Shown here in pieces: positions 1-11,166 of a stretch of DNA of 39,545 nt. Where the stretch lies: NCBI GenBank assembly GCA_947628245.1, contig CANQZH010000001.1:1-39545 (forward strand), given 5' to 3'. The notes under the pieces were generated by a model. The model did no database searches. It saw nothing but the letters and a program-made list of their open reading frames with translations, and was not told the DNA's origin. Numbering within the stretch: position 1 is the stretch's first letter; every line of letters begins with the position of its first letter. This DNA is from an uncultured Bacilli bacterium. Its GTDB lineage: Bacteria; Bacillota_I; Bacilli_A; RF39; UBA660. The position numbers and the translations under genes were made by a program.

Positions 1-407
1 TCAGCAGCCATATCTTCATAAAGATCAGCTATTACATCACCTGTTACCGCAAAGTAAGTAACCGTAAATGGAACTCCTGAAGCATCAGTTGGATAAACCC
101 CTTTGCCGTGTTCAGCATATATATTTTCTAATCCCGCAGCTTTTAATTCTTCAACTGTTGCATCTTTAGTTAATTGACTAACCATTGTACAAATCATTTC
201 ACAATGTCCTAATTCCTCCGTTGCAATATCATTTAACAAAGCTTTTCCCTTTTCATCAGGCATTGAAAACTTTTGAGAAAAATAACGAAGAGATGCTGCT
301 AATTCACCATTAGAACCACCAAACTGAGTAATTAAACATTTAGCTAATCTTAAATCTTTATTTTTAATTTCTACTGGATAATTTAAATGTTTAACATATT
401 TAAACAT
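1..407 (-). CDS. cotJC: Manganese-catalase-family spore coat protein CotJC (N-terminal part; the C-terminus lies beyond the window start)
   Basis: Absent from the ORF track because it runs off the window. The reverse complement of 407..1 reads MFKYVKHLNYPVEIKNKDLRLAKCLITQFGGSNGELAASLRYFSQKFSMPDEKGKALLNDIATEELGHCEMICTMVSQL..., which is the Mn-catalase/CotJC N-terminal signature (GGxxGELAAxxRY, TEELGHxEM). Its ATG (407..405) overlaps the stop of the upstream CotJB-like ORF. Confidence 0.85.
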   Translation of the reverse strand, partial: MFKYVKHLNYPVEIKNKDLRLAKCLITQFGGSNGELAASLRYFSQKFSMPDEKGKALLNDIATEELGHCEMICTMVSQLTKDATVEELKAAGLENIYAEHGKGVYPTDASGVPFTVTYFAVTGDVIADLYEDMAA

Positions 408-861
408 ACATACTACCTCCTTTATTATCCCAAGGCCAAGGATTTTTAATCCAATTAAAGGTTGAGCCATTACTTTCATTTACTACTATAGGTCCATATT
501 TTTTAACATAATTTAATTCTAAATCATCTAATTCTCTAGCATATTTTTTAAATTGTTCAAAATTAGCCATATCTTCAGGATGTAAATCTAAATATAAATT
601 TAAATCATTAAGTGCAAAAGATAAAGCCATTAATCTTAAAAGCATTCTTTCTTGTTCATTTGAAGCTTTTAATTTATAGTAAGTATATTGTTTATAAGGA
701 ATAAATGTTCCCTTCTCTAAATTTCCTCTCATAAAACCTTCTTCAGGACTTAAGAACTTATCATCTCTTACTTCCATTTTAAAATCACTACCCGGAATTT
801 TAAATAAACTTACTTCATAATTAAAATCCGTATTATCATATAACATATTTACCCTCCTCAT
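400..861 (-). CDS. cotJB: CotJB-family spore coat protein with an extra ~65-aa N-terminal extension
   Basis: The C-terminal half, LMALSFALNDLNLYLDLHPEDMANFEQFKKYARELDDLELNYVKKYGPI, matches the CotJB hallmark (DLxLYLDxHPxD). It lies directly upstream of cotJC and is translationally overlapped with it. Confidence 0.7.
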   Translation of the reverse strand: MRRVNMLYDNTDFNYEVSLFKIPGSDFKMEVRDDKFLSPEEGFMRGNLEKGTFIPYKQYTYYKLKASNEQERMLLRLMALSFALNDLNLYLDLHPEDMANFEQFKKYARELDDLELNYVKKYGPIVVNESNGSTFNWIKNPWPWDNKGGSMYV

Positions 862-971
862 TTTTAAGTTATGTAAATCGTCTATTATTGCTAGGGCAAA
901 AACCTAAAAAGACTCTTTCTTTATAAAAAAAAATATGTTACAATTTAATCATAGTAAAGGATGGATTAAAT

Positions 972-1667
972 ATGGATAAGGAATCAAACAAAAAAAGTAC
1001 AGCTAGTAAAAAAACTAGCACAGCAAAAAGAACTACTAACGCTGCTAAAAAAACTACTAGTACAGCTAAAAAAACTAGTACAACAACCAAAAAAACAAAT
1101 GCCAAGAAAGGAACAACTACTACTAAAAAAACTACAACTCCTAAAATAGTTGAAGAAAAAGTAATTACTAAAGAAGAAGTTAAACAACAACCAACAAATG
1201 ATAATAAAATGATTTTAATCATTGTTCTAGCTTTATTAATTGCCGTTATAGCTATTGCTAAAATTGCTGGAGTTTTTGATATTAAAGATTATAGTAAAAG
1301 TTATCTTTTAAAACATAAAGTTGTAACTAATGAAATAGTTGATAACAATCTAAGTATTTTACCTGATAAAGATGCTTTTATCTTAGTAACATCTTTAAAT
1401 AACGAAGAAGAATACAATTTAGAGAAAGATTTAAAAAAAGTTATTAAAGATAATAAAATTAAAGATAATTTTTATGTATACATTTATAACGAGAATAACA
1501 AAGTTAATTTAAATAATATTTTCCAAGTAACTGGTGATATTAAACTACCTACTATTTTATATTATAAAAATGGTAAATTTGTTGATATGGTTAAAAGAGA
1601 AGATCAAAATATGATTGAAGCTGCAGATTTTGTTAAATTACTTGATATTTATGAACTATCAAAATAA
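972..1667 (+). CDS. Membrane-anchored protein: Lys/Thr-rich low-complexity N-terminus, one TM helix, and a C-terminal thioredoxin-fold-like domain without CxxC
   Basis: The N-terminus is built of TSTAKKT-like repeats. The TM segment is MILIIVLALLIAVIAIAKIAGV. The C-terminus contains LPTILYYKNGKFVDMV, resembling the cis-Pro/beta-strand region of thioredoxin-like proteins. There is no Cys in the ORF. Confidence 0.4.
   Translation: MDKESNKKSTASKKTSTAKRTTNAAKKTTSTAKKTSTTTKKTNAKKGTTTTKKTTTPKIVEEKVITKEEVKQQPTNDNKMILIIVLALLIAVIAIAKIAGVFDIKDYSKSYLLKHKVVTNEIVDNNLSILPDKDAFILVTSLNNEEEYNLEKDLKKVIKDNKIKDNFYVYIYNENNKVNLNNIFQVTGDIKLPTILYYKNGKFVDMVKREDQNMIEAADFVKLLDIYELSK
990..1150 (+). repeat. Low-complexity A-rich coding repeat (AAAAAAACTAGYACA-like units encoding K/T/S/A)
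   Basis: Repeated aaaaaaactag(c/t)aca / gctaaaaaaact units are visible. They also generate two spurious antisense ORFs. Confidence 0.6.
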
Positions 1668-1694
1668 AATCTTCTTTTTTGTAGGAGTGAAATA

Positions 1695-2216
1695 ATGTTA
1701 AATATTGTTTTATATGAACCAGAAATTCCAACAAATACTGGTAATATAATGAGAACGTGTGTCGCAACCGGTACTACTCTTCATTTAATTGAACCTTTAG
1801 GTTTTAAACTTGATGAAAAAAGTATTAAAAGAAGTGGTGTTAATTATATTAATGATTGTCAATATTTTGTTTATAAAAATTGGGATGATTTTTTAAGTAA
1901 AAATAAAGGAACCTTTTATTTTTATACAAGATATGGTCATAAACCTCATTCTGATTTTGACTATCATAATAAAGAAGAAAACATCTATTTAATCTTTGGT
2001 AAAGAAAGTACTGGTATTCCTCGTTTTATTTTAAAACCTAATCTTGCTAATTGTGCAAGAATTCCAATGACTAATAAAGTTAGAGCTTTAAATTTAGCTA
2101 ACTCAGTTGCAATTGTCTTATATGAAGCTTTAAGACAACAAAACTATCTTGATTTATTACGAGATGAACCTCATAAAAGTTCTAATTTTATTGAAGAATA
2201 TGAAGGTGATGAATAA
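1695..2216 (+). CDS. trmL: tRNA (cytidine/uridine-34 2'-O)-methyltransferase, SpoU/TrmL family
   Basis: LYEPEIPTNTGNIMRTC, LIFGKESTGIP and NLANSVAIVLYEALRQ are the three SPOUT/TrmL motifs. The ~170-aa size fits. Confidence 0.8.
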   Translation: MLNIVLYEPEIPTNTGNIMRTCVATGTTLHLIEPLGFKLDEKSIKRSGVNYINDCQYFVYKNWDDFLSKNKGTFYFYTRYGHKPHSDFDYHNKEENIYLIFGKESTGIPRFILKPNLANCARIPMTNKVRALNLANSVAIVLYEALRQQNYLDLLRDEPHKSSNFIEEYEGDE

Positions 2217-2488
2217 TGCATTGTAAAAAATGTGGTAAAGCTCTTGGAACTGATCGAGGCATTTGTCCTTTTTGTGGAGCTATGTTAAGTACTGATCAAT
2301 ATCAAGAATATAAAGAACTAAAAAAAGAAGGTTTTTATAAACCCGAATTATTAACTGAAAAATATGGGGAAAAACCTATTGTTTATGAAAAAAGAAATGA
2401 AGGAAATAGTAAAGTTTACATTGTAATTATTATTTTAGGAATTATTGTTTTAGGTTTAATTATATCTTTAATCTTATTAACAATTTAA
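2216..2488 (+). CDS. Zinc-ribbon protein with a C-terminal TM anchor
   Basis: CKKCG...CPFCG is a CxxC-x(n)-CxxC zinc ribbon, and the C-terminus has the hydrophobic helix VYIVIIILGIIVLGLIISLILL. There is a TAATG overlap with trmL. Confidence 0.55.
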   Translation: MHCKKCGKALGTDRGICPFCGAMLSTDQYQEYKELKKEGFYKPELLTEKYGEKPIVYEKRNEGNSKVYIVIIILGIIVLGLIISLILLTI

Positions 2489-2510
2489 GAACCTTTAATG
2501 GTTCTTTTTT
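2487..2510. terminator. Hairpin between convergent genes (possible bidirectional terminator)
   Basis: AAGAACC-tttaat-GGTTCTT forms a perfect 7-bp stem followed by a T-run. It sits between the stop at 2488 and the stop of the ATPase gene at 2509. Confidence 0.5.
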
Positions 2511-5094
2511 AAACCCCTAATTTAAGATGTTTTTTCTTTAAAATTATTTTACGAACAAAATCAACAGGAATAACGGTTATACTTAATAATATTACTAAAG
2601 TTAATTCAAAAGGTGTCAAACCAAAAGTTCTAAAAATTGTCCCTCCTTTATAAATTAAAAGAATTTGAACACTTGTTATAAAAAGAATAGTAATTACAAA
2701 AACAATATTCTTTCTTAAATGAGCAAAAAGATTTAAACGATAAGTCCGAGAATTAAAAGCATTACCAATACCAATAAAAATAAATAAAGCAAAATAAGCA
2801 GTCATTAAATACTTAGCTTCCGTATCAAATCTAATTAAAGATTTAATCCACGGAGATTTTAAGAAAAAAATACACAAAGAAGCTGAATAAAGACTATTCC
2901 ATATAATTTGCGAATACATATATTTATTAATAATAGGTTCATTTTTCTTTTTAGGTGGTTCATCCATTGTCTCATCTAAAGCTGGTTCAAAAGAAAAAGC
3001 TAATCCTGCAAAAGTATCCATAATCATATTAATCCATAACATTTGAATAATCGTAATAGGTGTATTTACTCCAATAAAAGGTCCAATAATTGATAAAAAT
3101 AAAGCACAAAAATTACAAGTTAATTGATAAATTATAAACTTTCTAATACTCTTAAAAATAGTTCGACCATATAAAATAGCTTTACTAATTGACATAATAT
3201 TATCATCTAATATCACAACATCAGCTGAAGCTTTAGCAACTTCTGTTCCACTACCCATTGCAAAACCAACATTAGCTTTTTTTAAAGCAGGAGCATCATT
3301 TACCCCATCACCCGTCATTCCCACAATTAAATCTTTATTCTCAGCAATTTTAACTAACTTACTCTTATCTTTAGGTAATGCCCTTGCAATAACTTTAATA
3401 TTAGGAAGCATCTTTTCTAATTCATATTCATCATAAGCATTTAATTCATCACTTGTTAAAACTAAATCTTTAGAAGATGAAATAATTCCAACTTCTTTAG
3501 CAATAGATGTTGCCGTTTCTTTAGCATCACCAGTTATCATCACAACTTGAATACCAGCCTTTTTAATTTGTAAAACTCCTTCTTTAGCTTCTTTCCTTAA
3601 ATCATCTTTAATTGTAACAAAACCTATAAAAACTAAATCATTTAAATCATTATTTTTACTATAAGCTAAAGATATTATTCGACACCCTTTATTAGTTAAA
3701 TTACTAATTTGATTAATAACATTTTTCTTATTTAAAAAAATTCTTTCTTCTCCATTTTTCATTAACATTTTACTACATTTTGGTATAATTTTTTCGCTAG
3801 CCCCTTTTATATATAATACTTTATTATTATCTTCACTAATACTAGCAGTTGAATATTTTAAATTACTATTAAAAGCTGTTTTAGTTAATACTTTAACATT
3901 AGTTTTTAAATCATTTTTTAAAAATTTTAATAAAGATTGATCAGTTGTATTTCCCCCAATAATTTTATCTAAAGAAAAAATACTACTATTATTAAAGTAT
4001 AAATTATAAGTTAAATGCTTCTTTAATATTGGATATTTATCTAAATCTTTAATTTCTTTAAAAGTAGATAATTCACTATTAGTAAAATTAATTACTTCTA
4101 ATTTTCCTTTAGTTAAAGTTCCTGTTTTATCAGTAAATAAAATATTTAATGAACCAGTAGTTTCAATTCCAACTAATCTTCTAACTAAAACATTATCTTT
4201 AAGCATTTTCTTCATATTACTAGATAAAACTAAAGTTATCATCATTGGTAATCCCTCTGGTACTGCGACTACTATAATAGTAACTGCTAAAGTTAAAGCA
4301 TATATTAAATAATCAGCCATTTGATGGATATCAGTAATAGTCTTTAATATTAAAGACCAACTAAAATTATTATTAATTACAATGACTGAAAATAAATAAG
4401 AAAGTGTAACCAACACAGCCCCTATATAACCTATTTTACTAATCGTTTTAGCTAAACCTCGAAGACGTAATTTTAAAGGACTTACTGGAACATTATCTTG
4501 AACTTCTTTAGCTAAAGATCCATAAATTGTTTTATCACCTACTAAAGTTACTTGCATTTTAGCATTTCCCTCATAAACAACTGAACCTCTTAAAACTTGA
4601 TCTTTAACTCTTTTTTTAACTTCTCTAGATTCCCCATTTAAACGAGATTCATCAACCGCTAATTCACCTTCAATTAAAAAACCATCAGCCCCAATAGCAT
4701 CACCTGAAGCTAAAATTATAATATCCCCTACTACAATATCTTCTAATAATATTTCTTCTATTTTATTATTTCTAATTACTTTAACTAATATTTTTTCACT
4801 TTCATCTTGTAATCTTTTAAACGCTTCTTCACTACCATATTCACTTATAGTTGAAATGAAAGAAGATAAAAATATTGCTATTAAAATTCCTAAAGTTTCA
4901 AACCAATCAAAATCTTGAAATAAAAAAACAATTTTAATAGCCAACGCTATTAACAAAATTTTAATAATTGGATCACCTAAAGATTCAATCAGTAAACTAA
5001 TAAAACCTTTAGACTTAATTTTAGTCAAAGCATTATTACCATTTTCTTTACGACTTTGTATAACTTCCTTATCAGTTAATCCCATCCATTTCAT
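2509..5094 (-). CDS. Cation-transporting P-type ATPase (P2-type, Ca2+-ATPase-like)
   Basis: It has the DKTGTLT phosphorylation motif, the TGD/MTGDGVNDAPALKKA hinge motif, the PEGLP TM4 motif and multiple TM helices. Length is 861 aa. Confidence 0.85.
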   Translation of the reverse strand: MKWMGLTDKEVIQSRKENGNNALTKIKSKGFISLLIESLGDPIIKILLIALAIKIVFLFQDFDWFETLGILIAIFLSSFISTISEYGSEEAFKRLQDESEKILVKVIRNNKIEEILLEDIVVGDIIILASGDAIGADGFLIEGELAVDESRLNGESREVKKRVKDQVLRGSVVYEGNAKMQVTLVGDKTIYGSLAKEVQDNVPVSPLKLRLRGLAKTISKIGYIGAVLVTLSYLFSVIVINNNFSWSLILKTITDIHQMADYLIYALTLAVTIIVVAVPEGLPMMITLVLSSNMKKMLKDNVLVRRLVGIETTGSLNILFTDKTGTLTKGKLEVINFTNSELSTFKEIKDLDKYPILKKHLTYNLYFNNSSIFSLDKIIGGNTTDQSLLKFLKNDLKTNVKVLTKTAFNSNLKYSTASISEDNNKVLYIKGASEKIIPKCSKMLMKNGEERIFLNKKNVINQISNLTNKGCRIISLAYSKNNDLNDLVFIGFVTIKDDLRKEAKEGVLQIKKAGIQVVMITGDAKETATSIAKEVGIISSSKDLVLTSDELNAYDEYELEKMLPNIKVIARALPKDKSKLVKIAENKDLIVGMTGDGVNDAPALKKANVGFAMGSGTEVAKASADVVILDDNIMSISKAILYGRTIFKSIRKFIIYQLTCNFCALFLSIIGPFIGVNTPITIIQMLWINMIMDTFAGLAFSFEPALDETMDEPPKKKNEPIINKYMYSQIIWNSLYSASLCIFFLKSPWIKSLIRFDTEAKYLMTAYFALFIFIGIGNAFNSRTYRLNLFAHLRKNIVFVITILFITSVQILLIYKGGTIFRTFGLTPFELTLVILLSITVIPVDFVRKIILKKKHLKLGV

Positions 5095-5237
5095 TATCCG
5101 TAAGTCCTCCTAGAAAATGATATGCTAAAATATTTTTTTTATGATTTACATAAAGAAAAAAAAGGAAATGACATTTTTTTCGGGAATATATTAGTAGAAA
5201 GGGCAAATAGGCTCTATTCTTAGAAAGGAGGAAAAAA

Positions 5238-6077
5238 ATGGCTAATAATTTTGTACCATTAACAAATGATATAGTATTTAATCATATCTTTAGCCAAAAG
5301 AAAATTGTAGTTGATTTTATTAAAACCTTTTTTATGGATTTTAATGATGGTAATGTAGAAGTATTAAATGAATGGGTTCTTCCTAAAGTAAAATATGATG
5401 ATAAATCAATGCGTAGTGATATTGTTGTTGTAGGAAATGACACTATTTATAATATTGAAGCTTATACTACTTTTGGAAAAGAAGAAATGGAAAAAAGTAA
5501 AAGCTATGTTACGAGAATATTTGGAACTCAAATAAAACGAGGAAAAAAATATATTCCTAAAAGAGTAATTCAGTTAAATATTTGTGAAAAATGTGAAATA
5601 AAAGAAGATGAAATAAACAAATATGGAATAATGAATTACAAGAATAGTTCTACAAAAAGATTTGGTGAAGATTTATTAATCTATGTTATAGACCTTGACA
5701 AGTTAAAGAAGAATAACTATAATGTAGGTGTAAATGATAAAACTATTAAATACTTTAAAATGTTTAATGGAAAAAGCATTGAAGAATTACGAATGATAGC
5801 GAAGGGAGATGAGAATTTGAAAGATGTAGTTAAATGTGCCGAAGCTTTTCTTAATGACGAGGAAAATCAATGGTTATTTGATAGAGAATTTTGGATAAAA
5901 AGAAAAGAAAGAAACATTGGTGAGAAAATTGGCAAAAAAGCTGGAATAAAATCAAACCAAATAAGAACAGCTGAAAAAATGTTGGCTGAAAATTTTGAAC
6001 CAGAAATTGTATGTAAAATAACTGAATTGCCATTAAAAGAAATTCTAAAATTACAACACTCTTTAAAGAAAGCTTAA
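5238..6077 (+). CDS. Rpn-family / PD-(D/E)XK-type recombination-promoting nuclease (putative transposase-like)
   Basis: The N-terminus PLTNDIVFNHIFS, followed by RSDIVV...IYNIEAYT (a D...ExK-like core), is typical of the PDDEXK/Rpn family as I recall it. No flanking inverted repeats were seen. Confidence 0.45.
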   Translation: MANNFVPLTNDIVFNHIFSQKKIVVDFIKTFFMDFNDGNVEVLNEWVLPKVKYDDKSMRSDIVVVGNDTIYNIEAYTTFGKEEMEKSKSYVTRIFGTQIKRGKKYIPKRVIQLNICEKCEIKEDEINKYGIMNYKNSSTKRFGEDLLIYVIDLDKLKKNNYNVGVNDKTIKYFKMFNGKSIEELRMIAKGDENLKDVVKCAEAFLNDEENQWLFDREFWIKRKERNIGEKIGKKAGIKSNQIRTAEKMLAENFEPEIVCKITELPLKEILKLQHSLKKA

Positions 6078-6129
6078 ACGTTTTCTTTTTTTTGATTAAA
6101 TTTGAAGGGAGTGTAAAAAAATAGAAATT

Positions 6130-7617
6130 TTACTTTCTATCTTTCATAGTTGGAAATAAGATAACATCACGAATTGATTCACTTTCCGTAAATAACATAC
6201 ATAAACGATCAATACCATATCCTATTCCACCAGCAGGAGGCATACCATATTCTAAAGCTTCAATGAAATCCATATCAATATCATTAGCTTCATCATTACC
6301 TAAATCTTTTTCTTTTAATTGTTCTTCAAATCTTTCTAACTGATCATCAGGATCATTTAATTCCGTATAAGCATTAGCAAATTCTTTACCTCCAATAAAT
6401 AATTCAAAACGATCAACAAATCTTGGATCATCTTTATTTTTCTTTGTTAAAGGTGAAATCTCAATTGGATGACCATATAAGAATGTTGGTTGAATTAAAG
6501 TTTCTTCAACATATTTTTCAAAGAAAAGATTAATAATATGTCCAATACTTTCTTGGTGTTTTAAAACTTCAATTTGATGTTCATTAGCTAACTTTAAAGC
6601 TTCATCTAAACTAGTAATTTGTTTAAAATCAATTCCGGTTTCTTTCTTTATAGCTTCAACCATACTAATTCTTTGCCATTTACCACTTAAATCAATATCA
6701 TTTTCTCCCCAATGAAAAATCGTTTTACCATAAACTTCTTTAGCAATCGTTTGGAATAAACTTTCCGTTAAATCCATCATTCCTTCTAAATCGGAATAAG
6801 CTAAATATGCTTCCATTAAAGTAAACTCAGGATTATGTTTAGGATCCATTCCTTCATTTCGAAAAACTCTTCCTATTTCATAAACAGCTTCCATTCCACC
6901 AACTAATAACTTCTTTAAAGGAACTTCCAAAGCAATTCTTAAATACATATCCATATCTTGTGTATTATGATGTGTAACAAATGGTCTTGCAGCTGCCCCA
7001 CTAAGTAAATTAGTTAAAACTGGTGTCTCAACTTCTGTAAAACCATTATTATCCATAAAATTTCTAATACAACTAATTATTTTAGGTCTTTCAAAAGCAA
7101 TTCTCTTAGCATCTTCATTCATTATTAAATCTACATAACGTCTACGATAACGTTCCTCAATATCCGTTAAACCGTGAAATTTTTCAGGTAATGGTCTTAA
7201 AGCTTTTACTAAATGAGTATATTCTAAACATTTTAAAGTTACCTCCCCAGTACCTGTTTTCATAACCCGACCTTTAACTCCAACAATATCACCTATATCA
7301 GCCGTTTTAAATAATCCATAAGTTTCTTCTCCAACATCATTAATTGAAATATAAATTTGAATCTTACCTAACTTATCTTGAATTGAGAAGAATGATGCTT
7401 TTCCCATTTTTCTTATAAACATAATCCGTCCAGCAACCGTATAAACATCATTAATATTTTCAAATTCATCGTGAGATACATCTTGATACTTTTCTTTAAT
7501 TTCTAAACTATAAGCATCTTTATCAAAACGATGACCAAAAGGATCTATACCCTTACTTACTAATTCATCCTTCTTTCCTCTTCTAACTAATTCTTGTTCA
7601 CTTTTCATTAAAATCAC
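6130..7617 (-). CDS. lysS: Lysine--tRNA ligase, class II
   Basis: An OB-fold N-domain is followed by class II motifs (FRNEG motif 2; GGIGYGIDRLCMLF motif 3). The LysRS-typical ELFIGGKEFANAYTELNDP is present. Confidence 0.95.
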   Translation of the reverse strand: MILMKSEQELVRRGKKDELVSKGIDPFGHRFDKDAYSLEIKEKYQDVSHDEFENINDVYTVAGRIMFIRKMGKASFFSIQDKLGKIQIYISINDVGEETYGLFKTADIGDIVGVKGRVMKTGTGEVTLKCLEYTHLVKALRPLPEKFHGLTDIEERYRRRYVDLIMNEDAKRIAFERPKIISCIRNFMDNNGFTEVETPVLTNLLSGAAARPFVTHHNTQDMDMYLRIALEVPLKKLLVGGMEAVYEIGRVFRNEGMDPKHNPEFTLMEAYLAYSDLEGMMDLTESLFQTIAKEVYGKTIFHWGENDIDLSGKWQRISMVEAIKKETGIDFKQITSLDEALKLANEHQIEVLKHQESIGHIINLFFEKYVEETLIQPTFLYGHPIEISPLTKKNKDDPRFVDRFELFIGGKEFANAYTELNDPDDQLERFEEQLKEKDLGNDEANDIDMDFIEALEYGMPPAGGIGYGIDRLCMLFTESESIRDVILFPTMKDRK

Positions 7618-7631
7618 CTTTCCTTAAATTA

Positions 7632-7845
7632 AAAAGAGGTTATCATCCTTAAAGGACGAACAACCTCTTTAAAAGTCCGCGGTACCACCTTAATTCATAA
7701 ATAATTATGCTCTTTTTTTGTTATAAGGTAACTACCCATCCACTCCAATATCTTTTTTCATTATAATTTTTTTAATAAGTTCCACCAACCCTTACCTCTC
7801 TTTAAAAAAAATTTATAACTACTCATATCTTCAACGTGTTTCATT
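7632..7845 (-). promoter_or_regulatory. T-box riboswitch leader with intrinsic terminator, upstream of lysS
   Basis: The minus strand reads AAUUAAGGUGGUACCGCG (plus-strand 7678..7695), a near-consensus T-box sequence. It is followed by the hairpin AAAGAGGUUGUUCGUCC-UUUAA-GGAUGAUAACCUCUUU and a U-run (7632..7670), then the RBS GGAAAGG and the ATG at 7617. Confidence 0.8.
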
Positions 7846-7851
7846 GCCATT

Positions 7852-7880
7852 AATATACAAGTTTTTTAACATTTTGTCAA
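7852..7880 (-). promoter_or_regulatory. SigA-type promoter for the lysS T-box leader
   Basis: On the minus strand, TTGACA (7880..7875), a 17-nt spacer and TATATT (7857..7852). It lies immediately after the ligA stop. Confidence 0.55.
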
Positions 7881-7881
7881 A

Positions 7882-9891
<2,010 letters not shown>

Positions 9892-9903
9892 TTAAATCAT
9901 CTC

Positions 9904-10812
9904 CTATTTCCATAAATGATTAGGATAACTACCTTCCTTTTTTAATTTTAAAATCTTTTCTTTAACTAATGGTAAATCTTCTTGATAAGTCATCCCAATC
10001 CATTCATTTTTAGAAGGTCTACTATATATCTTTATTAACCCTTTCTCTAAATTTTTTTGTAAACAATCAGGAAGTAAAGCTTCACTAGCTAGAATAGTTT
10101 TAACATCTTGTTTAAAAAATTCTTCTAAATGATTAGCTAACAATTCATAAAAATCTTTCGTAAAACCAAACATATTCATACTTACTAAAGAATCAGGTAA
10201 AATATTAAATGGTTTAGTTCCATCTAATGGTGAAGCAATTATTTGATTATCCTTTTTTTCAATACTACACTCAGTAATCTTAACAACTTGTTCATTCTTA
10301 ATTTCACATACTCCTCTTTTAACTGCTCCACATAAACTAGCCGTTTTTTGATATTCATAAGGTATAGCTACATACTCATAAGATCCACGATTTTCTAAAA
10401 AGAAGTTAACAACTTGTTGATAAGCATCAAAACCATAAAAATCATCAGCATTAATAACAGCGAAATTAGCTGGAACTTCATCTTTAGTACAATAAATAGC
10501 TTGAGATGTTCCCCAAGGTTTAGTTCTTTCTTTTAAAATACTTAAATCATTATAAGGAATATCTTCTAACTTTTGAAAAGCATACTCTACCTTAATATGT
10601 CCTTCTAATCTCTTACCAACCGTTTTTTCAAAATCATCTAATAATTCTTCTTTAATAACAAACACAACCTTATTAAAACCAGCTCTTAAAGCATCATAAA
10701 CCGAATAATCAAGTAAAAAATTACCATCATCATCAACTGGTTGTAATTGTTTTAAACCACCAAATCGACTACCCATTCCTGCAGCCATAACTACTAACGT
10801 TAAATCTTTCAT
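9904..10812 (-). CDS. Sugar-phosphate nucleotidyltransferase-fold protein (NTP_transferase family, specificity unknown)
   Basis: The N-terminal VVMAAGMGSRFGGLKQL matches the GxGxR nucleotide-binding loop of the GlmU/RmlA-like fold. Confidence 0.6.
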   Translation of the reverse strand: MKDLTLVVMAAGMGSRFGGLKQLQPVDDDGNFLLDYSVYDALRAGFNKVVFVIKEELLDDFEKTVGKRLEGHIKVEYAFQKLEDIPYNDLSILKERTKPWGTSQAIYCTKDEVPANFAVINADDFYGFDAYQQVVNFFLENRGSYEYVAIPYEYQKTASLCGAVKRGVCEIKNEQVVKITECSIEKKDNQIIASPLDGTKPFNILPDSLVSMNMFGFTKDFYELLANHLEEFFKQDVKTILASEALLPDCLQKNLEKGLIKIYSRPSKNEWIGMTYQEDLPLVKEKILKLKKEGSYPNHLWK

Positions 10813-11162
10813 CTTCCTCTTACCTCTTTCAAATTATGATTTAAATTATATAATGAACATCTTAAATCATCCCCACGAGCCCGAAAACAAAGAACTCCAT
10901 TATAAACTATAAGTGATTCATAAAATTTATATAAGGGATTTAAATAAATATATAAATAAGCTCCATCTTCTAACCAATTTATAATATTATCTTCCTCTTT
11001 AAACCAAAAAGAAACATCTTCATTTTGATTTATACACTCTATATTATTATCTTGCTTTTTTTCAAATAACATACTCTTTAATTTATTTTTTTCTTTATAT
11101 ACTATTAATTCTAAATTATACCTACTCATCATAGAATTTAATAATGAAATATTTTTCATCAT
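10809..11162 (-). CDS. Hypothetical protein (117 aa)
   Basis: The ORF is packed between pcrA and the nucleotidyltransferase gene and overlaps the latter by 4 nt. I recognise no motif. Confidence 0.4.
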   Translation of the reverse strand: MMKNISLLNSMMSRYNLELIVYKEKNKLKSMLFEKKQDNNIECINQNEDVSFWFKEEDNIINWLEDGAYLYIYLNPLYKFYESLIVYNGVLCFRARGDDLRCSLYNLNHNLKEVRGR

Positions 11163-11166
11163 AACC

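Noticed and set aside
938-1222. Antisense ORFs (938..1222 and 984..1190) opposite the Lys/Thr-rich N-terminus of 972..1667.
   Set aside because: They are products of the low-complexity A-rich repeat read on the other strand, giving poly-F/V/L/S peptides. They have no RBS and overlap a better ORF.
5238-6077. The Rpn/PDDEXK transposase-like gene as an active insertion sequence or an island boundary.
   Set aside because: I could find no terminal inverted repeats or target duplications in the flanking 5095..5237 and 6078..6129 regions. It is separated from the Tad locus by more than 7 kb of housekeeping genes.
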